Assembly (NCBI GenBank): GCA_001687465.1
Contig: LVLI01000172.1
Span: 1-64,000 of the forward strand
Direction: 5' to 3'
Source of the DNA: Halocafeteria seosinensis
Taxonomy: Eukaryota
Length of the DNA: 64,000 nt
Made by a program: the position numbers and the translations under genes. Below the pieces are notes generated by a model. It did not search any database and had not been told where the DNA came from. It saw only the letters and a program-made list of their open reading frames with translations. Shown here one piece after another: positions 36,550 to 48,044 of the stretch (within the stretch, counting starts at the first letter, position 1; each line of letters starts with the position of its first letter).

Positions 36550-38573
36550 ATGTCAAAGAACCAAGAGAAAGAAAAAGCCATGGAGTACCTCCGTGAACAC
36601 AATCTCGAAGTGGTGCTGAATGGGTTCGTCAATCGTGTGGCCCGCGAGAGGTGCGTGTTATCTTCAATGAACTACTCCAGTATTTGAATTCGAAGATACA
36701 TATTGCTCTTAGTTCCTTCCTTATGCAGACCAGAAGACCCCATTTTGACGCTCGAACACAGTCTCAGGTAGGCCATTGTATTATTTAACTCCTTGACTCC
36801 CCCCAAGGCACAGGTTCAATTTGACTGTGGGAATGCAGCGCGGAAGCTACCAAACGCAGAGGAATTGTTGCAGTCGAAGCAGAACCGTATTCGGTAGGTC
36901 ACTACGCTACCCACCCCAAGAGGGTCTCGACAGAACTAATGAGGAATTATATTGCAATTGATAACACTTGGATTTGATGCAGATTAATGGGTTCTTGTTC
37001 GCTGTGCAAGTAACTCTTTGGACGCATATGTCAACCCAAGTTTGCATTTCTCCGATTGAGCCAGTTAGCCAATTTCGTGAGACATGTTCGTTACTTTCAT
37101 ATGAAAATGCCGCAAAAGCTGCAGCGATAGTCAACAGTAAGATATCAGAGGCTATATTAGGAATCGACCCTCAGGAACAGGAACGACTAGACAAATCGAT
37201 TGGTGACATATGCACCCGATACGCTGCAGAAATCGGGCACTTCAATATTGGGATAGCGACTTCCTTAGCGGTGCTACGTTGTGGTAGAGATGTTGCGGCG
37301 AATTCCATGACAAATTACTTGTTGGATAAGTTCATGCTGAAGGTGCCTCAGAGTTCGTTTTCCACGCTCCTTCTGCCGATGATCTCTCCGTCCTTTTCGT
37401 CTGAGGGGCCCGTGATGTTGTCACGAGCAGTAGGCCTGGAATTGGATATTCAAAACTGCACAAATCTGCCAAGCACGTTGGCATCTCTATGTCAATGCCT
37501 GAAGGAGGAACTGCATGCTCGAAATATGCTAACGCTTGATATGGATTCCTTCGGAACAGTAGCACCCCCTATCCCTGTTAATGAACACTTTGGTGTGGAA
37601 CAAGCTGATACCCCATCGACAAAGAAAAAAGGCGGAAAGAAAGGAAAAGGTGACGCGGGTGACTCGGCCCCTCCATTGGCGGTCACAGAAAATGGGTTGA
37701 AGTGCATCCATACAATTGTTGAAAAACTCGGTGTGGGTCAGTCATTTGCTTTGTGCGGAGCAGCAGATTTGTTAATTAGTAAGGAGAAACTGCAAGAAGA
37801 AGAGGAGCAAGGAGCAGGAACAAAAGACAAAAAGAAAGGAGGAGGCAAGGGAAAGGGCGCTTCTGCAGCCGACTTTGCCGACGATGCCATACTGTATGAT
37901 TTCAACGCCCGTGTTAATTTTCCCGAGGACAGTCCTCCTCAAAGAGACATTCACCGTGCCGGTGATATAGTCGATGGTTACAGTAGGATGACACATGAGG
38001 TTTCATCGTTTTCTTCTGTAATCGACCCTTTGTCTGCGGACGATTCTGATGCTTGGAAGAGTCTGGTCTCTCCTCCAGAGAGCGGGGATGAAACTGCTTC
38101 ACCTAGGAGGCCAATAAAAAGTTTTATCGTTTGCACGCCGCAACATTCGCATGCCGACGCTGTGGAAAGGACACCGATGCTATCATTTGGGCATTTTAGT
38201 ACCATTTCCTCCCTCGTCGAGGCAGTCCAAACTGAATCCAAGACCTTTCCGAAGCTTGGGATATGTGCTCTTTCGATTGCACCGCTGAATGAATGTATAG
38301 CAGGTAAGCCGTGTCTGCTACATATCTTTCACTTATTGTTATTGCCTCATTTGCTATCGCTAAACAGATATTGCCTGTGCACTAGGAATCGAAGTAGCAC
38401 TACTCCCAGGACTGCTGCGCGAAGACGTCTTTCGTCTTGCCAAGCGGTTTCGCGAGCTGTCAGTGACCAACAATCACAATTCCACGCTCCCAGCACAGTC
38501 CCTCGACGAAGACACTGGAGTGGAGCAGGAAGAAAAAGAAGCACAACCCGAGTCGAAGGAAGAGTCACAATGA
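36550..38573 (+). CDS. ENO4: Enolase-4-like degenerate enolase with an N-terminal RIIa/Dpy-30-type docking segment
   Basis: AMEYLREHNLEVVLNGFVNRVARERPEDP (D/D-like); KAAAIVNSKISEAILGIDPQEQERLDKSI..IATSLAVLRCG (enolase N-domain); Lys-rich TKKKGGKKGK insert. After the intron at ~38303-38368, IADIACALG...LAKRFREL, with TGA at 38571-38573. Confidence 0.72.
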
Positions 38574-39233
38574 GCAAGCTTGAGACTAGTTGGTACTTCA
38601 CGAGCGGACTACTCGAAGACATGCCGGGGTTGTATACCTCCATGGGCTGAATATCGCGCTTATTGGACAAGGAATGAACTGTCCTGGGAACCAGCATCAT
38701 TGAGAATAACCAGAAGACTGAATTGCTAAAATATTGGGTAACAATGATTCTGAGACAAGTCATGTGATAACATGTTACCACGGTACGGGTACGTTGCTCG
38801 CTGGATACCACCTGGATTCCGCTAACTCGTTCATACACAAAATAGACGTTCATCAACTTTGTGAAATGGACAAAATTCATATATACTGGTGTACTTTGAG
38901 CTTATCTCGCTTATCCTGTACGCCGGGATCGCCGTCAGACTCAGGATCCCGTTAACACCATGACTTTTCCGCAGCATATAGCGGACTTATTGGCATAGAT
39001 ATTGCTCTGTTGTGGCACATGATGTCTCCAACCGTATTTTTTGGTTAGCTCTTTAATCGGTAGCACCCGTACTATTGATTCTGGAGGGAAAGGTGTGCTG
39101 AGAGGGATGTAATGAGGCTTTATTTACCTTGAACACTTGTAAAAGCAGTGCACGTTCACTTTATTAGAGTCATTGGGGTATTTTCCTCTTCCCAAGTGCT
39201 TCGCACTGGCACACAATATAGGTGTCTATAATA

Positions 39234-41707
39234 ATGTCGTCCAAAGAGAGAAAGAACCAATGGAAATGGCCTAGCCATTGGATAGGTATGTCGTTCTTCG
39301 TCCTCCCCCGCTGCCCTCCTTCAATATGATATGGAAGTACGGTATTACAGAGCTCTTTGGCAAGCCTAGGAACATCCCAGAGACGTGTCAAGCAGCTATA
39401 CACCCGCACAGATGTGATTGGGAACAAATAACGGAAGAAATCGCTTCGAGAAATCTCGCTCTGGCTAAGCAAGACAGCAAATTCATTACATTAAAGCTCC
39501 CTGGGGAAGAAAATGCAAACTCAACCACGGGGGAAAAGAGTCCCGAGAAACCAGAAGCGGCTAATACACGAGACAGTGATGACGAAGCAGGAGGGCCCCA
39601 AGCCGTTGGGAATCCTTCGACTGCTACGGAGAGCCGAGAGCATTCTTACGAGACGGATAACGAAAAAATTGATTTTGTAAATACCAGTCTGGACTTGGCC
39701 TTCGCTGCTGGTCCCGCGGATGAGGGTACAGGAAGAAAAATTGACCGCGACATTAATCGAACGTTCCCGCTGTTTAATTCAGAAATCGTTGATTATGATC
39801 TTCCTATAAACCATCTGCGGCTTCGCTGCGTGCTCCGGGCGCTCGCTTCAAATCGAGGCTATGGTTTCTACACCCAAGGAATGAACCTGATATGCGCGCT
39901 TCTGCTGTTGGGTAGCTTCAAGAGGTATCCCGTTTTAGCCGATGATGCCGGTGTAGGTAACGATAACAGTGGTTTCAGGACAATTTCCAGTCACGAACGC
40001 CAGGAGAGCTCCAACAGCGGAGGAAGTGAATCTGGGCTAGCTATTAATCATAGCACTGACCCTAGTGATATTTCGGACCCAAACGGCCCTTCGCAAACGA
40101 CCCCCAAACGGTTACCCAGGGAGAAACAGGTTTACTGTATTGTGCGATATTTGTTCGACGACTGCAACATGCTGCAACTTTTTGAGAACGCTACACCCGC
40201 ATTAGATGTCTACATTCACTGCTTTTCGAAATACCTGGACAACAAACTACCTGCAGTCTCTCGAAGACTACAGGAAGTGAATTTCGCAACACATGCCTTC
40301 GCGATAGAGTGGTTTACAGCTTTATTCTCCACGGTAGTCCCTCTACATGTCTGTCTGTGTATCATTGACCTGTTAGTTAGCCAAAAGCTGGACAACGTTC
40401 TTTTTCGCATGTCCGTGGCGATCCTCAACAATGTCCCTGGGCTAACGGAAATGTCCGAAGATGAACTAATGTTATCGCTTAAACCGGCGATTGTCGGTTT
40501 GGATTTCGCCAAAATCTTCAGAGAAGCAATGAACCTAGATTCGGAAAGTGACGTTCTCAACATGATGCAAGATGGTATCAACGCTCTTCCATTATGTTAC
40601 AGAGAAGCTGTTTCCCCCATGGAGGCACTCTTAAATGGTACGACAACTGATGCTCCTGTTCCGCCGCCTTACTTTCATTTGATTTTGATGTCTCTTTTGT
40701 GCAGAAGAGTTGCTGTCGTCGCCCATTGGACGGGAGAACTCTGGTGAGGGAGCTGCATCGTCCGACAGAGACCGAAGGTCTTCTCTTCTTCGGGACTGGA
40801 GAAAGGCGCAAAATGCTCTGCATTCCTATGTGCCAATTTCTAAGTACAAGAGTTTAATGGACGTTGCGGCATCTCCTCCCACCCACCGGCGTGTCAACTC
40901 TTCCGATGAACGGTGGCTAGATGTTGAAATCGTAGGTCATGAAAATTCGGATTCTGTGACGGTACGTTTACCAAGTCGGTCAAAGATGCGTTCCTCATGT
41001 ACATCGGGACTTGCTTTGTTTCAATGCAGTTCTATAAGATTCGTTTTCGTATACCAATGGCTAATGTAGAAACACTCGTATTGCGAAGATATTCAGAAAT
41101 CCGTACTCTATATATGAAAATGGCGGCTAAAGTAGAGAGATGTCTCGAAAAACTACAAACTCCGGTGCGGGCATCCAACCACGTATCCACGTATGCCACC
41201 ATAGAAGAAGAGGACGGTCGAGAGCGCAAATTATCAGATGCAGTGAATGCCGAGCAAGTATCCACAGACTCTTCGGATTCAGACGATGAAAAAGGAACGA
41301 CGACAGGGTTGGATAGTCTTCCTGCCCAGGAAGTTTCCGTTCAATGGCATTCGGTGGATGACATGCCGCCGTTACCTCCAAAGAAGTATTTTGGCTCCCG
41401 AGATCTCAAGTTCATTGAGCAGCGAAAGCAGCAACTTCATACGTTATTTCGAGCATTAAGTCATCCGTTGTGCCCTTTGATGCGGGACTTTTTGACGCGG
41501 TATCATCTTTGGAATGCTTCTAGTCAGCAAGAAATCTTATCCCATGCTCGGGGACGTAGCCCGTCCACTGTCGCCCGAGACTTAATTTCTCAGGAGAGTG
41601 ACGGCGATGTGTTCAGGCCTGCTCGACAGGCTTTCTTTGAACTCTTCAACACATCAGATGAAGAGATACTTGGTAACCTAATGAAGGCGAACATGGAACT
41701 CAGTTGA
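39234..41707 (+). CDS. Rab-GAP TBC domain plus C-terminal PX domain protein
   Basis: The spliced start MSSKERKNQWKWPSHWI-ELFGK restores the frame. TBC IDRDINRT and YTQGMN, FAIEWFTALF; PX VLRRYSEIRTLY...PPLPPKKYF...FIEQRKQQL. Three introns. Confidence 0.85.
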
Positions 41708-41851
41708 ATGTGTTTCTATACGTGCCATACTGCCTCGGAAAAGCCTAAACACTTGTTTATGTAACCCCAAGGCGTTATCACGACGTAAGCGATGCACAAG
41801 CAGCGAGCAGTAAAGGTTTCTATATACATATTGGCGCATATGTTGGTTAAG

Positions 41852-42302
41852 TTAACATTTGTATAACACTACTCCTAGATTTCCTCCATACATCATATAT
41901 AACATATTCTTGGCGTGATGGGTCACGTCGAATCCGAAGCCCTCTCCTACGCAGCAATGCCAAGCAGGTCCAAACTTTTTATCACAACCTTCCTTTACCA
42001 ATTGAGCCATTTTCTGTCAAATTCCACACAAGTATAGAAAGCAATAGCATGATATGATATCATCAGGCTATCCGTAAATGTTGATAACTCACCTCATAGT
42101 CCTGTGTTTTAACATGTTTATCAATCGACGCCGTCACTATTTCGACTGTATCTTGCGTCTGCTCCGACGGCATATCAGAGTGCTGCGATCCCGTGTACAA
42201 ACATGCACAACGATACAAGAGTCTAAACCGGAAACATGTTATGCTATTGGGGAATCGACGTACCAGAATTTCGGAGCTCTGGAGCACCTTTTTGAAGTCC
42301 AT
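41852..42302 (-). CDS. DNAL4: Axonemal dynein light chain 4 (LC8 family)
   Basis: Three exons: MDFKKVLQSSEIL / HSDMPSEQTQDTVEIVTASIDKH..DYE / KMAQLVKEGCDKKFGPAWHCCVGEGFGFDVTHHAKNMLYMMYGGNLGVVLYKC. The last exon is missing from the ORF track. Confidence 0.9.
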
Positions 42303-43494
42303 TTTTTCGCCCTTTCGTCGCTTCAACCGGAGTACGACCGAATAGGAGCCTCCCACTATCCAAACAACTTAGAGAAGTAGCTGTACAATATATCTCTCGC
42401 ATCTACAACAGCTAGTATAGACGGTCTTGCCGAGGATCTTGCCGTTAGCCTACGTGACGGAGACGACAATCTTTTCTCATTTTTCAAACTTCAACATCAG
42501 CCGCAAGGCTTAATAGGCTGCTTATTCGCATGTGTAGTGTGTACAACTATCATTTCAATCATGAGTGTGAATTAATGGCTCCTTAGTCACTTGCTTCACA
42601 CCAGGCCCACTGGACTCATCCGGCTCATCATACATGTAGTACCGATTATTCCGACATAGAGCGGGATATTTAGCCAATTGGGTAGAGAAGAGCAGTGCAG
42701 GTTACCAGCGGTGTTCTACCGATACTTCGCAGACGCAGAAAAATTTCGGAAATCCCTAATACACTAGACGGTATATTCGTACGATATAGACCGTTGAGCT
42801 CTAAATGGAACAGATTTAAATACTCCGGTCATCGCTCTGGCCTGCGGAACTGAATACACCACTGGTAACTTATTGCCGAGTACAACAATTATCCAAATCG
42901 AATAGAATACACGCTGCTTGCTATTTAATGACGACCAGATCCACGCTCAACACATTTCCAGACAGACAATGACGAACCGCAGAATACTATCTAAGCATAC
43001 GTGACGATCGTCAGAGGATGACCTGTTGGCATTAGCATGTCACACCCCTGTTAAGCAGCGACGGGACCCTGTTCCCAAACTCCACACTGGTTGCGCTAAG
43101 GTGGAATCGGTAGCGGCACTGTACCTGCCACAGCGACGTCAGGAATACCGTCGAGGGTAAGCATGGACGAACACGGCACTGTGCTCACCACAGCGATGAC
43201 GGCGCCCCGGGCGAACGCTTGTACAAACCACCTAATGTAAGAGGGGGGGGCTCAGATATTCCATCCAAGTTAACTTGCATCAGCATATCCCATATTGAAA
43301 CTCATTTCCTGAATGAGTTCAAATCCTCTCATTAATTCTCAGCATCGGTTTTCGAAAACCAGAAGGGCCAGCTGTCAAGCAGAAGCCTCCCCATCACTAT
43401 TTGCTGACCCTTTGCTCTGATAGCGACGTCCACTAATTGCTAGTGGGGGTCGATACTCTCTCCGTACAGTATTTCAGCAATTTGCAGCCAAGAT

Positions 43495-43911
43495 TCAGTC
43501 AGCATGCTCCAAATTCAGCTTCATTGAGACGATATCCATGTTGAGAAACAGCGCAAACCAGAGCCATAGGGAATATGGAATCAGCAAAGAATAGTATAAG
43601 CAAAGCCATGTGGTTTGAGAAGCCAAGGCCATCAACAATGCCGCTGATAGGTAGACATTCTTCCTAAATGCGAAGGGCCAGCTGTAATTCGCTACAAGAT
43701 TTAGGGCAAGTTGCGTTTCGAAATCAGTGACAGCCAAGCAGTATCCAATCAATGCATAGAGCAATGGCCATACGACACCAAATACCCAACCTGGGGGTTG
43801 GAATCGAGACCTTTTCTTGGGATCTTTTCCCGGAGGAGCTAGCACTCCTACGATGAAGCCTCCACCGATTACCGTCGCTGACGTCAGCAGTGCTTTCAGG
43901 ATGAATCTCAT
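43495..43911 (-). CDS. TSPO: TspO/MBR tryptophan-rich translocator family protein, 138 aa, intronless
   Basis: FQPPGWVFGVVWPLLYALIG, NYSWPFAF and LLIPYSLWLWFALFLN are TspO hallmark motifs. Confidence 0.88.
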   Translation of the reverse strand: MRFILKALLTSATVIGGGFIVGVLAPPGKDPKKRSRFQPPGWVFGVVWPLLYALIGYCLAVTDFETQLALNLVANYSWPFAFRKNVYLSAALLMALASQTTWLCLYYSLLIPYSLWLWFALFLNMDIVSMKLNLEHAD

Positions 43912-44146
43912 CTTCTTCGCTCTGGATAGTGGTGATCCAAAAAAAAATATGAGAGAAGTTCTCAGGCAACCCATACATTGAGTGAGGAAATGAAGGGGCT
44001 GCATTGAAATAAGCAAGATTCGACTGTGTGGCCCAGTGAGCTTCACAACCCTCAACTTTTGTACAACTATCAGTCGGTCAGGATTGTTGAGCACACAATA
44101 TTGCAGAGAGGTGGACTCCACATAAAGAGTGTTTCCTGGTTTGAAG

Positions 44147-44773
44147 ATGTCGCAAAAGAGTCGAGACGAAGATATCGAGGAATTGCTGTCGTCAGATCCC
44201 ATGACAGTCTTCGACCGATGGCTGCACGAAGCATTCCAGGATACTTCCATCAAAGACCCGAATGCGGTAACTGTGGCTACGGCCGATAAACATGGAATAC
44301 CAGATGCGAGAAATGTGCTGCTCAAAGAGCACACAGGCGACAAGTTCATTTTCTACAGTAGCTACGAAAGCAAAAAGGGACGGGACACGGAGGAAAATCC
44401 CAATGTCGCGTTAGTGTTCTTGTGGGCTTCACACGCACGGCAGGTTCGTGTACGGGGCACAGTGAAAAAATGTTCTCCGGAAAAGTCAGATAAATACTTT
44501 GCAAGCCGACCAAGAGAAAATCAGGTTGGAACATGGGCTTCTAAGCAGAGTTGTACAATTAGTGGTAGAAACGAATTAGATGAGAAAATTGAAGCAATGG
44601 AGCAAAAGTTTGGAAACGAGGATATACCTCGGCCATCGTTTTGGGGAGGCTACGAAGTTACTGCCAAAGAAATCGAATTTTGGGTTGGAGGGGCGTCTGG
44701 AAGGATGAATGATCGTTTCTTGTTTGAAAAGTCCGACAACGGTGAATGGACCATGAGTCGACTTTCCCCATGA
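44147..44773 (+). CDS. pdxH: Pyridoxine/pyridoxamine 5'-phosphate oxidase, intronless
   Basis: DPMTVFDRW, PDARNVLLK, SKKG, RQVRVRG, YFASRP, WASKQS, PRPSFWGGY, IEFW, SRLSP. Confidence 0.92.
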   Translation: MSQKSRDEDIEELLSSDPMTVFDRWLHEAFQDTSIKDPNAVTVATADKHGIPDARNVLLKEHTGDKFIFYSSYESKKGRDTEENPNVALVFLWASHARQVRVRGTVKKCSPEKSDKYFASRPRENQVGTWASKQSCTISGRNELDEKIEAMEQKFGNEDIPRPSFWGGYEVTAKEIEFWVGGASGRMNDRFLFEKSDNGEWTMSRLSP

Positions 44774-45020
44774 ACTAGTTCACATCCACGAAGTAGAGAT
44801 GTATAATCCCTGTTTCCTCTTATAGCAGCTACGAGGATAGCTGGAAACGTCGATTCCCGTGACGCACTTTCGGTCCGTTTAACCGAAGCTTCGCGCGGAA
44901 ACAGCTGAAGGACGTTTCGTCAAATATACTCTTCAGAAAGCATTTCCTCCTTAACACTTCCATAGCCACACCCTCCTCCTACCAGATACATTGCTGAGGA
45001 GCAATCATCTCAAAGTCCTC

Positions 45021-46902
45021 TCATTTCTTTTGCGAACTCTTTCCCCCCTCGCGAAGCCTCTGAAAGAAGTGCTGTGGGTTTTGCGATCTAGTCGATCTCT
45101 TGGCTGGCTTCCCTCTGTCGGACGAGGCAGCACTGTCTTCACCTGAAGCAACAGAAGCAGCATCTTGTGATTCTTGGCCTTCTGTAGCGGCAGAAGCGGG
45201 TGTTGCTGTCCGAGCCTTCCGCTTGGGTTTAATGTTAAAAGTCACTTCGTCATCCTCCTCGGGCTGTGCACTCTTCGACACTACTGACCCTCGCTTTGAA
45301 TCCTCCGTAGCGTCCTTCGTTTCTCTCGCTTGCTCCTCCACCGCAATATCCTGAACATGACGAAACACATCTTCCAAGAAAGAAGCGTACGACTCCTTGG
45401 GACGATGGACTGGCAATTGATCTGCCAGATTCTTTAGCCATTCTTGCGAAGTCTGCATCGACTCAGTAATAACCCTGCTCTCTTCCTCTCGCTCCTTTAC
45501 GGAGACGTCACTTTGCTTTTCATGTTGCTGCGCTTGCAAAACGCCCATATCACGTGGAGCTCTTGCAGTTACACCAGGAGGAGTGGGCAAGTCTTTAAGT
45601 GTGTCCGTCTCGTCAATCCCAATGTCTTCAATTAGCTTTGTCGTATCAACACCCCACGGAACGAAGAGCCGTCCTTCGATGCCCTCTTCATGCAATATTT
45701 GGGCCTTCTCATGCATCTCGTTTACCTTGCTACCTTGATGCAGAAGATCCATTAATTCGAATATCCTACGGGTATTTGCCCGTTCTCTTGATGAGTGAAA
45801 TACTAAGGATGCTCCGTCTGCAGTGTCATACACAGGTTGAGGATTAGGTCAACGAAAGGTAGCACGGGGATTGCTTACTTTGCAAACAGAATTTCCGCAA
45901 TTCCTTTTGGACAATATCGATTTCTCGCGAACTTAGCTTCTGCAATAATTTGAAAGCATATTGCAATGACAATGATCCCGTAATAATAATGGTATGCGTA
46001 CCATAGAGTCTGGTAAAACTTCAGTCCATTTCCGCTCACTTTCTTCGGTACTTTGAAACGAAGAGTCCCTCACTAGAGTATCCATCTTGTTAAGGCACAC
46101 GATGAGATGATGAGGCACATTCTTCTCCATTTCTTTAAGCGCGGCTACCAAGTAATGTGCCCATGTGTTCAATTGAGCCGACAGTTCCCACGGCCTCGAA
46201 GCATCGAGCGTCAAAATAATTGGTAACGAATACGCCTCCCCACTCACTTGAGTGTTTTCGTTGAAAGGACTCCTATAGTCTGCACTAGTTTGAAGAGACG
46301 GAAGCAAGTGCAAGGCATCCGCGACCCAACAATGTGTTTTGCCAGGGCCCTCAGAATCTTCTGTAGCCAGGAGCGAAAGTAGGATGCGATAATGCAGTCC
46401 GAATGTACGGGTCATAGCTTACGTTCTGATCCATCAGTTTGAAAGTAAGTGTAGTAGGGAGAGGAGAGTTCGCAAACAAAGGGTGTTTTCCCAGGTTGAT
46501 GGTGTCCAGAATACTCGTTATCCACTGTATGCTCCTCACTGGGATGCCGTTGGTGAGTTTCGGAGCGCTTCTTACTCGAGGAGGAGCTGTCCTTGGATCC
46601 ACCCTTTTGTGACTTCTTACGTTCTTCGTGCAATGCCCGGGCCTCCTCTTTAAGTGCTTGTATCAGGCACCGCTTTCCACTTCCCGGAGGGCCTGTAATT
46701 TGAATTGCTTTAAGTCACCAGAACGAGCACCCACTCAGAAGCAGGACTTACCTAATATCCAGCATGTACCATCCCGTTCTAATGTTTCCTGGGCAGACTC
46801 TCTTGCATCTTTGAGAAGTGTTAGCCAAAGATTTTCAGCTTCCTGCTGCGGCTGCTGGATAGTCCCGTTCTCCTTTTCCTGCGTACTCTGTGTTTCCGTC
46901 AT
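45021..46902 (-). CDS. DYNC1LI: Cytoplasmic dynein light intermediate chain
   Basis: ENLWLTLLKD N-terminus, degenerate P-loop GSGKRCLIQAL, IILTLDASRPW, IVCLNKMD, GASLVFHS, LFVPWGVDTTKLI, and C-terminal FFQRL. Several introns. Confidence 0.8.
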
Positions 46903-47533
46903 CGTTTACTATTCAGCAGTTTCTTCTTCCCGAATAATATACGATGGCGAAATGCCTGAGGGTAATCTTGGTACGACAAAAATACCTCTACTTCGTTGAT
47001 ATCAATGTCATTCAATGAGCAGCCTCACCCTTAGAGTGTTTCAAGTCTGGTTCATAAGACACCAAACAAATCGTTCACCTTCGCTTTCATCCAAATTGAT
47101 CAAGCATTGCTAACCAATCATTCCAATGGCATCGAAATTCTATGCCAGAATCTGTCTCATACAGTGTGTATTGTATTTATCCTACCGGAGGAGTTGTGAT
47201 GAAAACGAGGCTACCCCGGCACACTTCGTACTGGAAGTTCCCAGCGCTTGAGTCGCTGTTAGCAACGCTCGTTGCTTTCTGCAGATTAAGTGTCGCATCC
47301 TGGTTCCTCATAAGTGCATATGTAACATATTAGAGACGATACTACGTCTATCTACTCCAGCCCCCGAAGCTGTACCGTACAGCCTGCAGGCTGCACGTCC
47401 GTGGCGAAGTCAACCGTGGCCGGGAAGTGGTCTTTCATCGCCAGTGCTATAAATGCACATTGGAATCAGCAACTAGATCACAGAAATAGCATGCCATACT
47501 TAAAGCCTCTGTGACGCAGAGGTTGTGTATCAT

Positions 47534-47586
47534 GGCAATTCCAACCTTGTGAACATCGACGGGCAATTCCAGCCTTGTGAACATCG
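47534..47586. repeat. Two-copy tandem direct repeat (25 nt, period 28)
   Basis: ggcaattccaaccttgtgaacatcg (47534-47558) and ggcaattccagccttgtgaacatcg (47562-47586), 24/25 identical. Confidence 0.85.
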
Positions 47587-48044
47587 GCCTTTTTTGTCTC
47601 GGCAACAGTGACCGCTTGGTCATACTCTCATCAGGGGAGGCTTTGCTTTCCTTTCATTTACACACTGCCGCAAATGTAACGGTACACAATAGTTTCGACC
47701 ACAATTAACTGCCCAAGATTCTTGAATCATTCTTCTACAGCTTGGCACTGCAGACGCAGTGCAGAGCCAAGAACGTCAACTTCAACTTCAAGGACGACCG
47801 TTTATTCGATTCCACCGTCTTGCGAGGGCGATACTCAGTACAAAGACACATTTTCGCACAGTTTTTGATTGTCTGCCATGCTTTGAACTTCGAGCGAAGT
47901 GTCTAGGTGGATAGTAGTAAAATCTGGTCAGGAAATCGTGAGCGAGGTCCAGCTATTGGTGGACTTGGAGGTTGCGATCTTGCACCTAACTATGCGACAT
48001 CAACCGTAAGCCCTCCGGATTAGACAGTATACGACGTTGATACA

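Noticed and set aside
42600..42640. Hammerhead or box C/D-like ATGATGAG on the minus strand
   Set aside because: No CUGAnGA/GAAA core and no suitably placed D box with a terminal stem.
43912..44349. N-terminal extension of the TspO ORF in the ORF track
   Set aside because: It overlaps PNPOx antisense; the TspO fold starts at ATG 43911.
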